Counted from the stretch's first letter, positions 51,503 to 63,851 are shown. The stretch is DNA of 64,000 nt from Macrostomum lignano (GCA_002269645.1 NIVC01001589.1:16259-80258), one strand, 5' to 3'. Made by a program: numbers and translations. The notes: a model not told the origin generated them from the sequence alone.

Positions 51503-54282
51503 CTAACCCTGGGGTGGGAATCCCCTGTTTCTTTCCCGACGCCTCATGGCATCCCAGAGGACATTGAGGACAGGGGTTCGGCCCGGAGCCCGAGGGGCTT
51601 CCGGCTCAATGTGGAAGCTGTGGAGCTTGGCTGCCCTCATCTTGAGCAGCCAAGCCACCCCCAGCTGCTTGACCCTGTCTGCGAGCATCGGCATACCTGC
51701 CAGCTTGTGCAGGTATTCAATGCTGATGTAGGATGGCACACCATAGCAGATACGGAGAGCCAGGTTTTGAATTTTCTGCAATTTGATTTGGTTAGTCGCA
51801 CAGATTTGGCTCAGGATTGGCGCTCCGTAGGTGAGAGCGCTTTCTCCGTATGCCCTGTACAGCATTCTGAGGGTGGTGCTACTCAGCTTAGTCATTTTTG
51901 CAATTCTGCACAGTGACATTACAATGGCTCTGCTGGTATCTGCCATGTTGTCCACATGTTTGTTCAGGCAGAGGCTCTGGTCAAGGAGGACACCCAGGAA
52001 TTTCACCTCCTGACAGTACGGAACCTCAGTGTCCCCCAGATACAGTTTGGGTCGCAAGTCCATGCGCCTAGTGGGTTTGTAGTTGAAAGCGATTGCTTTG
52101 CTTTTACCGGCATTCAGTCTAATGCCTTGTTTACCGCACCAGTCAAAGACTCGTCTGAGGTAGCTTTGAAGGGATGTTCGGAGCCCCGCAAAGGTGTCTG
52201 CTGAGGCCCAGACGGCCATGTCGTCTGCGAATTGACTGCGTTTGACGCTTGAGATGGTGGGAGTCGGCATTGAGCTGACGAAGAGGAGGTACAGGAGAGG
52301 GCTCAGAATGCCTCCCTGAGGGACGCCAGCCTGGATGGTGTGGGGATCGCTTAGGGCCCCCTCGATTCGAACCTGGATCTGTCTGTCTCGCAGGTAGTCA
52401 GACAGGATTCGCATGAGCATAGGTGGAAAACCATCGGTGAGCATGCTATGCCTGATCTTGTCGTGCCAGGTGGAGTCAAAAGCTGCCTCTGCATCCAGGA
52501 AGACTGCAGCGGACTTTTTAGCTTTGCACTTTGCTACCATGACATCTTGTGCCAGACGGCACAGGTTGTCATACGTGGAGTGAATTTTGCGGTAGGCGCA
52601 TTGGTCATCTCCTAGGGTCTTATTATCCTCAAGGTGCTTGGTGAGTCTTTTTGCTATAAGCTTCTCAAACACTTTGCCCAGACATGAGGTCAGGCTGATT
52701 GGTCTGTAGGAGTTGGGGTGTTCGGGCGGTTTGTCCGGCTTGGGGATCATTGTCACCACAGCTTTCTTCCAGGCGCTGGGGAAAATCCCTCGACCGTAGC
52801 AGGCGTTGAAGAGGTTAGTGAGTCTCGTGATTGCCACCCCCTCTAAGCCCAGCTTGAGGACGCAGTTGGGAATCTTGTCCAGCCCGGGTGCTCCATCAGG
52901 CCTGAGGTGCTCCAGTTCCCACACTGTGTCTGCCACAGAGAATGCAGCATCAAGTGGGTGGGTCTCGATGGGTTCGATTCCCTCAGGAACGGGGTAGAAT
53001 GAGGTGAGCTGTGCCACATCGGCCACCTCACGTTTGAGCTGTTCGCATGTGGAAGGGACTGGGCGCATCTTTGAGTCCAGAGTCTCGGCTAGAAGGTTAG
53101 CCTTCTCCAGATCTGTGTGCGCAGTTGTTTGACCCAGGGTGAGGCTGGGGATCGAGGTTGGCTTAAATTTGCCCATCAGCTTTTTAGTGTCATGCCAGAA
53201 ATTCTTCACTTTCTTGTTCTTGCTGTTTTCAACAATACTCTCACAGACTTTGGTGAGCTTTCCATTCTGGAAGGAGTTAATTTCTCTCTTTATGCGATTT
53301 GCGAGCTGGTTTGCTTGGGTTTTGAAATTTTGATCCCGTGTGCTGAAGAAGAGGCGTCTGAGTCGTCTGCGCTCTTTGATCAGGTCGAGGATGTACTTGG
53401 GTAGGGCGTTTTTGGCACCACAGTCTGGTACTGTGGAGTCAATCACGGTGTGAATGGCCTTTGTGATGTGATCCACTTCGGCATTGATTTGGTCAGCATT
53501 TGATAATTTAATATTCTGATCTGAGCTCAAAGCTTCACTGATTTTGAGTCTGAACTCGTCCCAGTTTGTTTTTGAGAAGTTTTTGGGTCTGGGGGGACCA
53601 GCCCATTTCTTCGACTGAATATTGAGCGTGAGGATTATAGGTAAGTGGTCACTGCCCAGGTCAGGACCCACCTCAAAGTCCTGCACAAATGGGAGAAAGT
53701 CCTCAGTGGCCAGGGCGAGGTCCAAGACATTCCTAGAAATCAGCCCGTTTTTGGTGGCCAGTCTGGTGAACTGACCGGCTTGATTGAGAATGGTGGGCGA
53801 GGTGGGGCCCTCAGACAGCCAGTCGTGCAGCTGGTAGCCAGCCATGTTGTTGCTGCTGTCACCCCCGAGGAAGCGGTGTCTGGCATTGAGGTCACCCATG
53901 AGCACACTGCGCCTACGAGAGAGAAGATTTTTGAGTAGGTTCAGGTTCAGATGGTACGGTGCTGGAGACCTGTACACCAGAGCGAGATTGAAGTCAGGAC
54001 CAGAGTTGTCAGACAAGCTCACGGTGCAAGAGATGGCTTCATGGTTGACATTGTCATACTGCAAGCGCACATTTGTGAGTTTGACGCGAGGAGAGTGGGC
54101 AAGGAGAAGCCCGCGTTTGACTTGCGGGGTATCATACCGAATGATGGAGTACCCGGGAATCTGGACAGTGTGACAACTTTTGAGAATGGTCTCAGAAAGA
54201 GGGCAATGTCTAGCTCCTGACTGACGACCCACTGTGTCAGCTCTCTGATTTTCGGGTTGAATCCCCTGCAGTTTAAATGCAT
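51503..54282 (-). CDS. ORF2 (APE + RT, no RNase H), copy 2, one frameshift near 54196
   Basis: The 945-aa track ORF contains the APE and RT motifs; the true N-terminus MHLNCRG is in the adjacent frame. Confidence 0.9.
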
Positions 54283-54368
54283 AATCTTCAGGGCTGTGGT
54301 TTGATTGTTTGAGTCTACAGTTAACGCACTGAAGTTTCAATTCAAGTCTTGAGTTTAGCTGCCTGAGA

Positions 54369-57071
54369 CTAGGACTCAGTGGTCATGCCAGCCATGCCCG
54401 GCACTTCCTGGAGTGCAGCCCGCACAATGTCCTCAACCATTTTACTGGTTGATTCCACAGTGAGGACCTCCCCAGGCGGTCGGGACAGGGCCTGCACAAC
54501 CACTTGAGTCAGAGAGCGGGTGATCAGGGGCAACAGCATGCTCACCACCGACATAAAGTCACTAAGCTGCAGCTGCACCGCCTGGCCGGCATCAGCTGAC
54601 GGAGCAGTCGCATTGACATCAGACTCGGTCTCTGCCGCCGGAGCGCTCCTGGCATCATCGGTCACGATGACAAGCGGCCGGATCGCGGCGGGTACCGGCA
54701 CCGTGCGCCTGCCTCGGCGGATCAGCCAGCCGCTGTCGGAGTCGTCGTCGGCGGCGGCGTCGTCGGTCTCACTTGACACTGGGGCAGCAGCGGCCGCAGC
54801 TTCCGCAGCTCGCGCCGCGGCTTTGGCCTCAGCAGCCGCTCTGGTCGCCTTGTCGTGCTCCGCCTTGGCGACGGTGCAGGCTCGACTGGTGGTTCGGTGC
54901 GAGCCGCCGCAGTTGGCGCAGACCGCTGGGCCCTCGTGCTGGCACTCCTTCCAGGAATGCTGGCCGCCGCAAATCCGGCAGCGCTGCTGCCCCCGACACT
55001 GGCAGCGCGGTGGCCGAACTCCTGGCAGCGCTGGCATTGCAGAGCGCGGACCGGCTCGTCTGTGCGGCTGTCCTCGCAGTTGAACTTCAAGAAGTCGGTG
55101 CAGATGCCATCGCGGAGGCACTTCTCGTAGGTCATCGCCGACTTTGTGAAGATGCGCACGAACTGGGTTGCCTTCCCAGTCGCTCTGGCTCGGATTCTGT
55201 GGACGCTGACAATGTCCAGCTTGAGCGTGCGCGCAACAGGGTCGCGAAGTCAGCCTCCGAGAATGCGAGGGGCACCTCAGTAGCGACGAAGGTGCGTACC
55301 GGCTGCTGCTGCACTCTGTCGGGCCCTGTTCTGTTGTCCAGCGGTCGGGCTCGGGCTGGACGGCGCTTTACGGGATGCTCGAGCAGCTTCTCCTCGCGCA
55401 GCGCGCCGCCCAGGAAGACGTTGTAGTCCCGCTCCGACGCTGGGAACACGAGATAGGCCGGCTGATTCGCCATCGGCGCAGTGTTGACGGCTCTAGCTTC
55501 GCCGGCAAAGTTGGTCTGCAGCCAGGCAACGAACTGCATCAGCTTGTTGGCCGCGTCCCGGTGCACCTCAAAAACGATCGGCGGGATGGCAGCCTGGGGC
55601 CTTCTGGGCGGCGCAGGGCGCGCCGCAACCTGCGCGTAGGGCCGCGCTGCCGCAGCCGCCTGCGCGCTTGTCGCCGAAGCCGCCGCCGCACCGGCCGGCC
55701 AGGAAGCCGCCGAAGCCGCCGCCGCACCGGACGCCGCGCCGCGACCTCCTCGCCTGCCTCGCTGGTGGCCGCCACGGCCGCGCCGACCCCGATCGCCTTC
55801 GCGGTCTCGCGTCGCCGTCGCCTGCCGCTCCTGGGGCCTGTCGTCGCCCCGGCCGCCCTGGTCGTCGTCGTGGCCGCCTTGGTCGTCGTCCCGACCGCCT
55901 TGGTCGTCGCCGAATGGGCCGCCGTTTAGCGGCTGGCTGTAGGTCGGGTCATCCGGCAGAGCTCGCTTGCGCCGCAGCTCCGGCTTGGTGACACGGAATG
56001 TTAGCGAGATGCGGACGCCATTCTGAGAGTGGGCGGCGGGCACCTGGTGCTGCAGGCGTTTCTGGCAGTTTCCTGCCATCAGAATCAGCGAGCCTGGCAG
56101 CGTTGGAAAGCGGTGCGTCACGTTGCCGTCCCGACGGCGCAGCATGAACAGCCGCTCAGCGCCGAAGGACACGGTCGCGATCGTCGGCCTGTCGCCGAGC
56201 TCATCCTCATCGTCCGAGTGCCAGGGAATCCGGTCTCCCGGCTCGGTGTAGAAGTTCACCAACACGGAGTTGAACTTCGGGACATCGAACTGGGTATCAT
56301 GGTAAATGAAGTCACGAATGTCTTCAATTACCTGATGCCAGTTAGATTTTCCTTCAGCTCAACCCCGCTGTAGGTGTACGACGGGCCGATCCAGTAGACG
56401 CGGCGCTGCTCACTCGGACGATGCTGAAAGGCTTGAGGCAGCAGGTCGGTGATCAGGCGCTCGTAGACTTGGTCCGCGACCTCGCTCAGGAACTTGGGCG
56501 CATAGATGATGGTGCTGTCGCTGGCGTAGATCGTCTGCTGACAGTCAGTCAAGTCAGGCTCATCAGGGAAGATGATTTGACTGATGTCAGCGTCCAGTTG
56601 CTCGGCAGGGGGCTTTGGCAGCGTCGAGGCCTGGTCTGCAGCCGATTGCTGGCGCTCCTCAGACGTCGGCGCTGCCGCTGCCGCACTGAGCTCGCTGGAC
56701 TCGGCAGTTGGTGGCTCGGTGGTTGCTGCGGCCTCGTTGGATGGCAGGGCGCTTGTCTGGCCTGGCTCGTCGCAGTCGAGAGACATGCGCTGCTCTGCCT
56801 CTGCGCCTGCAGCCTCCGGCAGCTGCTCATTCTCTCGCAGGATCTCCTCTGCGTTGCGCAAGAGCTCGCCGGCCGGTGGGCTGATCGAGTGGCGGCCTTC
56901 CAGACTGCGTCGAGCTCGCATCTGGCCTGCTGGCGGCGGGCTCGCAGTCAATGGCTCAGCTGTCGGCGTCAGTCCAAGAAGCTGGCGACCGTAGGCTTCG
57001 TTCGGACGATACCGGTGCTCGAGAGAGGGCCGGCAGTCCATCTTTTTAGCGCTGGCGCGATTTGCAGCCAT
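54369..57071 (-). pseudogene. ORF1 (AlkB + gag knuckles), copy 2, frameshifts near 56342, 55229 and 55000
   Basis: Same motifs as copy 1, split across track ORFs. Confidence 0.85.
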
Positions 57072-57286
57072 ATGGCGTGATTATTTGGGTGCACTCAACT
57101 AAACTAAACTACAACTACTAATGAGTCAGGAGGCACACAAAGTGCGCTCGCTGAGAGGGGTGGGGCGACTGCAAGATAAGACTAGGGGTGGGGTAGAGAT
57201 AAAAACAAATGTACAGTGGAATGGAAGGCTAACTAAAGTACTTTTAAGAGCTAAGCTAGGCTAGTCTAAACTATTCAACTTCAATA

Positions 57287-57354
57287 AGCCTTTCTAGGAA
57301 AGGCCTGCAAAAACTAGAGAATTCTCCTAAGAGTATCCCTCCACGGAAATCTTT
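57287..57354 (-). ncRNA. U5 snRNA 3' half, variant A, carried at the 5' end of copy 2
   Basis: Same sequence as 50835-50902. Confidence 0.85.
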
Positions 57355-57952
57355 GTTGTTAAAACGAGGTGCCGTCGAAACCGGCGCGGGTCAGTTCCGA
57401 AGAACTCTGCCGCAGTTATATTTTGTATTTGATCGAAAGAATTAAAAATATTTACAAGATTTCGATTTGAATATTTAATACGAATATTGAAATTAAAAAT
57501 ATACATATATAAAACTATTTTTCAATATTTTGCAGTATTTTGCACGCATTTGGGGATAAAAAAGAGGGGAGGGAAATCCCGCACAAAGAAGGGATCTAAT
57601 AAAAACAGGACATCTAAAAAATACGTGCTAGATATTTGAAGGCCTATTGAGAATAAAAGCAAGACATTTAAGTAAAAAAAAGAGATTAAAATGCAATAGC
57701 GCATATTTGAATTTAGTTGTAAAAATAGAATGAATATAGTAAAGGTGTAAAAAAGCAATTAGTGATATTTGTAGAGCAGTTGGGTAAAAAACACAGTTGG
57801 GAAAATTGTAAAAAGAAACGCGAGGAGACATAGAGATTACCTAATCAGTCCTAATGACTGATCAACCGATCTCTGTCTCAGGCAGCAAGTTTAGTTTTAT
57901 TAGTTGCGTTTCAGAGCGTGGTCACTTCCGGTTTGGAAGGCTGGTAGCCAGC

Positions 57953-60731
57953 CTAACCCTGGGGTGGGAATCCCCTGTTTCTTTCCCGACGCCTCATGGC
58001 ATCCCAGAGGACATTGAGGACAGGGGTTCGGCCCGGAGCCCGAGGGGCTTCCGGCTCAATGTGGAAGCTGTGGAGCTTGGCTGCCCTCATCTTGAGCAGC
58101 CAAGCCACCCCCAGCTGCTTGACCCTGTCTGCGAGCATCGGCATACCTGCCAGCTTGTGCAGGTATTCAATGCTGATGTAGGATGGCACACCATAGCAGA
58201 TACGGAGAGCCAGGTTTTGAATTTTCTGCAATTTGATTTGGTTAGTCGCACAGATTTGGCTCAGGATTGGCGCTCCGTAGGTGAGAGCGCTTTCTCCGTA
58301 TGCCCTGTACAGCATTCTGAGGGTGGTGCTACTCAGCTTAGTCATTTTTGCAATTCTGCACAGTGACATTACAATGGCTCTGCTGGTATCTGCCATGTTG
58401 TCCACATGTTTGTTCAGGCAGAGGCTCTGGTCAAGGAGGACACCCAGGAATTTCACCTCCTGACAGTACGGAACCTCAGTGTCCCCCAGATACAGTTTGG
58501 GTCGCAAGTCCATGCGCCTAGTGGGTTTGTAGTTGAAAGCGATTGCTTTGCTTTTACCGGCATTCAGTCTAATGCCTTGTTTACCGCACCAGTCAAAGAC
58601 TCGTCTGAGGTAGCTTTGAAGGGATGTTCGGAGCCCCGCAAAGGTGTCTGCTGAGGCCCAGACGGCCATGTCGTCTGCGAATTGACTGCGTTTGACGCTT
58701 GAGATGGTGGGAGTCGGCATTGAGCTGACGAAGAGGAGGTACAGGAGAGGGCTCAGAATGCCTCCCTGAGGGACGCCAGCCTGGATGGTGTGGGGATCGC
58801 TTAGGGCCCCCTCGATTCGAACCTGGATCTGTCTGTCTCGCAGGTAGTCAGACAGGATTCGCATGAGCATAGGTGGAAAACCATCGGTGAGCATGCTATG
58901 CCTGATCTTGTCGTGCCAGGTGGAGTCAAAAGCTGCCTCTGCATCCAGGAAGACTGCAGCGGACTTTTTAGCTTTGCACTTTGCTACCATGACATCTTGT
59001 GCCAGACGGCACAGGTTGTCATACGTGGAGTGAATTTTGCGGTAGGCGCATTGGTCATCTCCTAGGGTCTTATTATCCTCAAGGTGCTTGGTGAGTCTTT
59101 TTGCTATAAGCTTCTCAAACACTTTGCCCAGACATGAGGTCAGGCTGATTGGTCTGTAGGAGTTGGGGTGTTCGGGCGGTTTGTCCGGCTTGGGGATCAT
59201 TGTCACCACAGCTTTCTTCCAGGCGCTGGGGAAAATCCCTCGACCGTAGCAGGCGTTGAAGAGGTTAGTGAGTCTCGTGATTGCCACCCCCTCTAAGCCC
59301 AGCTTGAGGACGCAGTTGGGAATCTTGTCCAGCCCGGGTGCTCCATCAGGCCTGAGGTGCTCCAGTTCCCACACTGTGTCTGCCACAGAGAATGCAGCAT
59401 CAAGTGGGTGGGTCTCGATGGGTTCGATTCCCTCAGGAACGGGGTAGAATGAGGTGAGCTGTGCCACATCGGCCACCTCACGTTTGAGCTGTTCGCATGT
59501 GGAAGGGACTGGGCGCATCTTTGAGTCCAGAGTCTCGGCTAGAAGGTTAGCCTTCTCCAGATCTGTGTGCGCAGTTGTTTGACCCAGGGTGAGGCTGGGG
59601 ATCGAGGTTGGCTTAAATTTGCCCATCAGCTTTTTAGTGTCATGCCAGAAATTCTTCACTTTCTTGTTCTTGCTGTTTTCAACAATACTCTCACAGACTT
59701 TGGTGAGCTTTCCATTCTGGAAGGAGTTAATTTCTCTCTTTATGCGATTTGCGAGCTGGTTTGCTTGGGTTTTGAAATTTTGATCCCGTGTGCTGAAGAA
59801 GAGGCGTCTGAGTCGTCTGCGCTCTTTGATCAGGTCGAGGATGTACTTGGGTAGGGCGTTTTTGGCACCACAGTCTGGTACTGTGGAGTCAATCACGGTG
59901 TGAATGGCCTTTGTGATGTGATCCACTTCGGCATTGATTTGGTCAGCATTTGATAATTTAATATTCTGATCTGAGCTCAAAGCTTCACTGATTTTGAGTC
60001 TGAACTCGTCCCAGTTTGTTTTTGAGAAGTTTTTGGGTCTGGGGGGACCAGCCCATTTCTTCGACTGAATATTGAGCGTGAGGATTATAGGTAAGTGGTC
60101 ACTGCCCAGGTCAGGACCCACCTCAAAGTCTGCACAAATGGGAGAAAGTCCTCAGTGGCCAGGGCGAGGTCCAAGACATTCCTAGAAATCAGCCCGTTTT
60201 TGGTGGCCAGTCTGGTGAACTGACCGGCTTGATTGAGAATGGTGGGCGAGGTGGGGCCCTCAGACAGCCAGTCGTGCAGCTGGTAGCCAGCCATGTTGTT
60301 GCTGCTGTCACCCCGAGGAAGCGGTGTCTGGCATTGAGGTCACCCATGAGCACACTGCGCCTACGAGAGAGAAGATTTTTGAGTAGGTTCAGGTTCAGAT
60401 GGTACGGTGCTGGAGACCTGTACACCAGAGCGAGATTGAAGTCAGGACCAGAGTTGTCAGACAAGCTCACGGTGCAAGAGATGGCTTCATGGTTGACATT
60501 GTCATACTGCAAGCGCACATTTGTGAGTTTGACGCGAGGAGAGTGGGCAAGGAGAAGCCCGCGTTTGACTTGCGGGGTATCATACCGAATGATGGAGTAC
60601 CCGGGAATCTGGACAGTGTGACAACTTTTGAGAATGGTCTCAGAAAAGAGGGCAATGTCTAGCTCCTGACTGACGACCCACTGTGTCAGCTCTCTGATTT
60701 TCGGGTTGAATCCCCTGCAGTTTAAATGCAT
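57953..60731 (-). pseudogene. ORF2 (APE + RT), copy 3, frameshifts near 60310 and 60128
   Basis: 722-aa intact RT portion plus APE in neighbouring frames. Confidence 0.88.
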
Positions 60732-60817
60732 AATCTTCAGGGCTGTGGTTTGATTGTTTGAGTCTACAGTTAACGCACTGAAGTTTCAATTCAAGTCTTG
60801 AGTTTAGCTGCCTGAGA

Positions 60818-63520
60818 CTAGGACTCAGTGGTCATGCCAGCCATGCCCGGCACTTCCTGGAGTGCAGCCCGCACAATGTCCTCAACCATTTTACTGGTTG
60901 ATTCCACAGTGAGGACCTCCCCAGGCGGTCGGGACAGGGCCTGCACAACCACTTGAGTCAGAGAGCGGGTGATCAGGGGCAACAGCATGCTCACCACCGA
61001 CATAAAGTCACTAAGCTGCAGCTGCACCGCCTGGCCGGCATCAGCTGACGGAGCAGTCGCATTGACATCAGACTCGGTCTCTGCCGCCGGAGCGCTCCTG
61101 GCATCATCGGTCACGATGACAAGCGGCCGGATCGCGGCGGGTACCGGCACCGTGCGCCTGCCTCGGCGGATCAGCCAGCCGCTGTCGGAGTCGTCGTCGG
61201 CGGCGGCGTCGTCGGTCTCACTTGACACTGGGGCAGCAGCGGCCGCAGCTTCCGCAGCTCGCGCCGCGGCTTTGGCCTCAGCAGCCGCTCTGGTCGCCTT
61301 GTCGTGCTCCGCCTTGGCGACGGTGCAGGCTCGACTGGTGGTTCGGTGCGAGCCGCCGCAGTTGGCGCAGACCGCTGGGCCCTCGTGCTGGCACTCCTTC
61401 CAGGAATGCTGGCCGCCGCAAATCCGGCAGCGCTGCTGCCCCGACACTGGCAGCGCGGTGGCCGAACTCCTGGCAGCGCTGGCATTGCAGAGCGCGGACC
61501 GGCTCGTCTGTGCGGCTGTCCTCGCAGTTGAACTTCAAGAAGTCGGTGCAGATGCCATCGCGGAGGCACTTCTCGTAGGTCATCGCCGACTTTGTGAAGA
61601 TGCGCACGAACTGGGTTGCCTTCCCAGTCGCTCTGGCTCGGATTCTGTGGACGCTGACAATGTCCAGCTTGAGCGTGCGCGCAACAGGGTCGCGAAGTCA
61701 GCCTCCGAGAATGCGAGGGGCACCTCAGTAGCGACGAAGGTGCGTACCGGCTGCTGCTGCACTCTGTCGGGCCCTGTTCTGTTGTCCAGCGGTCGGGCTC
61801 GGGCTGGACGGCGCTTTACGGGATGCTCGAGCAGCTTCTCCTCGCGCAGCGCGCCGCCCAGGAAGACGTTGTAGTCCCGCTCCGACGCTGGGAACACGAG
61901 ATAGGCCGGCTGATTCGCCATCGGCGCAGTGTTGACGGCTCTAGCTTCGCCGGCAAAGTTGGTCTGCAGCCAGGCAACGAACTGCATCAGCTTGTTGGCC
62001 GCGTCCCGGTGCACCTCAAAAACGATCGGCGGGATGGCAGCCTGGGGCCTTCTGGGCGGCGCAGGGCGCGCCGCAACCTGCGCGTAGGGCCGCGCTGCCG
62101 CAGCCGCCTGCGCGCTTGTCGCCGAAGCCGCCGCCGCACCGGCCGGCCAGGAAGCCGCCGAAGCCGCCGCCGCACCGGACGCCGCGCCGCGACCTCCTCG
62201 CCTGCCTCGCTGGTGGCCGCCACGGCCGCGCCGACCCCGATCGCCTTCGCGGTCTCGCGTCGCCGTCGCCTGCCGCTCCTGGGGCCTGTCGTCGCCCCGG
62301 CCGCCCTGGTCGTCGTCGTGGCCGCCTTGGTCGTCGTCCCGACCGCCTTGGTCGTCGCCGAATGGGCCGCCGTTTAGCGGCTGGCTGTAGGTCGGGTCAT
62401 CCGGCAGAGCTCGCTTGCGCCGCAGCTCCGGCTTGGTGACACGGAATGTTAGCGAGATGCGGACGCCATTCTGAGAGTGGGCGGCGGGCACCTGGTGCTG
62501 CAGGCGTTTCTGGCAGTTTCCTGCCATCAGAATCAGCGAGCCTGGCAGCGTTGGAAAGCGGTGCGTCACGTTGCCGTCCCGACGGCGCAGCATGAACAGC
62601 CGCTCAGCGCCGAAGGACACGGTCGCGATCGTCGGCCTGTCGCCGAGCTCATCCTCATCGTCCGAGTGCCAGGGAATCCGGTCTCCCGGCTCGGTGTAGA
62701 AGTTCACCAACACGGAGTTGAACTTCGGGACATCGAACTGGGTATCATGGTAAATGAAGTCACGAATGTCTTCAATTACCTGATGCCAGTCTAGATTTTC
62801 CTTCAGCTCAACCCCGCTGTAGGTGTACGACGGGCCGATCCAGTAGACGCGGCGCTGCTCACTCGGACGATGCTGAAAGGCTTGAGGCAGCAGGTCGGTG
62901 ATCAGGCGCTCGTAGACTTGGTCCGCGACCTCGCTCAGGAACTTGGGCGCATAGATGATGGTGCTGTCGCTGGCGTAGATCGTCTGCTGACAGTCAGTCA
63001 AGTCAGGCTCATCAGGGAAGATGATTTGACTGATGTCAGCGTCCAGTTGCTCGGCAGGGGGCTTTGGCAGCGTCGAGGCCTGGTCTGCAGCCGATTGCTG
63101 GCGCTCCTCAGACGTCGGCGCTGCCGCTGCCGCACTGAGCTCGCTGGACTCGGCAGTTGGTGGCTCGGTGGTTGCTGCGGCCTCGTTGGATGGCAGGGCG
63201 CTTGTCTGGCCTGGCTCGTCGCAGTCGAGAGACATGCGCTGCTCTGCCTCTGCGCCTGCAGCCTCCGGCAGCTGCTCATTCTCTCGCAGGATCTCCTCTG
63301 CGTTGCGCAAGAGCTCGCCGGCCGGTGGGCTGATCGAGTGGCGGCCTTCCAGACTGCGTCGAGCTCGCATCAGGCCTGCTGGCGGCGGGCTCGCAGTCGA
63401 TGGCTCAGCTGTCGGCGTCAGTCCAAGAAGCTGGCGACCGTAGGCTTCGTTCGGACGATACCGGTGCTCGAGAGAGGGCCGGCAGTCCATCTTTTTAGCG
63501 CTGGCGCGATTTGCAGCCAT
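60818..63520 (-). CDS. ORF1, copy 3: open for 646 aa through the AlkB domain (62438-62968); frameshifts near 61678 and 61445 before and within the knuckles
   Basis: MAANRASAKK...; N273-x-Y275, H285-x-D287, H342, R354, R360. Confidence 0.88.
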
Positions 63521-63739
63521 ATGGCGTGATTATTTGGGTACACTCAAACTAAACCTAAACTACAACTAACTAATGAGTCAGGAGGCACACAAAGTGCGCT
63601 CGCTGAGAGGGGTGGGGCGACTGCAAGATAAGACTAGGGGTGGGGTAGAGATAAAAACAAATGTACAGTGGAATGGAAGGCTAACTAAAGTACTTTCAAG
63701 AGCTAAGCTAGGCTAGTCTAAACTATTCAACTTCCAATA

Positions 63740-63851
63740 AGCCTTTCTAGGAAAGGCCTGCAAAAACTAGAGAATTCTCCTAAAGTATCCCTCCACGGAA
63801 ATCTTTAGTAAAAGGCGAAAGATTTAATCGTGGAATGAAGAAACCAGAGCT
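63740..63851 (-). ncRNA. RNU5: Complete U5 spliceosomal snRNA gene (~112 nt), formed from the host 5' half and the element-carried 3' half
   Basis: Minus strand AGCTCTGGTTTCTTCATTCCACGATTAAATCTTTC GCCTTTTAC TAAAGATTTCCGTGGAGGGATAC...AGTTTTTG CAGGCCTTTCCTAGAAAGGC: invariant loop I, AAATCTTT/AAAGATTT stem, Sm site and 3' hairpin. The core is identical to the recalled metazoan U5 segment AAAUCUUUCGCCUUUUACUAAAGAUUUCCGUGGAG. Confidence 0.95.

Larger units (their letters stand above)
50903..57354 (-). mobile_element. Same retrotransposon, copy 2 (6452 bp)
   Basis: Head-to-tail with copies 1 and 3; near-identical sequence. Confidence 0.93.
57355..63806 (-). mobile_element. Same retrotransposon, copy 3 (6452 bp), adjacent to the U5 5' half
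   Basis: Identity to the other copies stops exactly at 63806/63807, inside U5. Confidence 0.93.

Noticed and set aside
48064-63529. Long plus-strand ORFs antisense to LINE ORF1
   Set aside because: GC-rich shadow frames with no recognisable motifs.
29900-63806. Drosophila-like telomere (TAS satellite plus HeT-A/TART-like head-to-tail array)
   Set aside because: The layout is superficially similar, but every junction maps inside U5 and the array is followed by the U5 5' half and unique DNA, not a chromosome end. No telomeric repeats were seen.
63791-63806. CTCCACGGAAATCTTT as a simple 16-bp target-site duplication
   Set aside because: It is part of U5. Homology continues, with divergence, through the Sm site and hairpin at every junction, and the halves differ in sequence, which an ordinary TSD would not.
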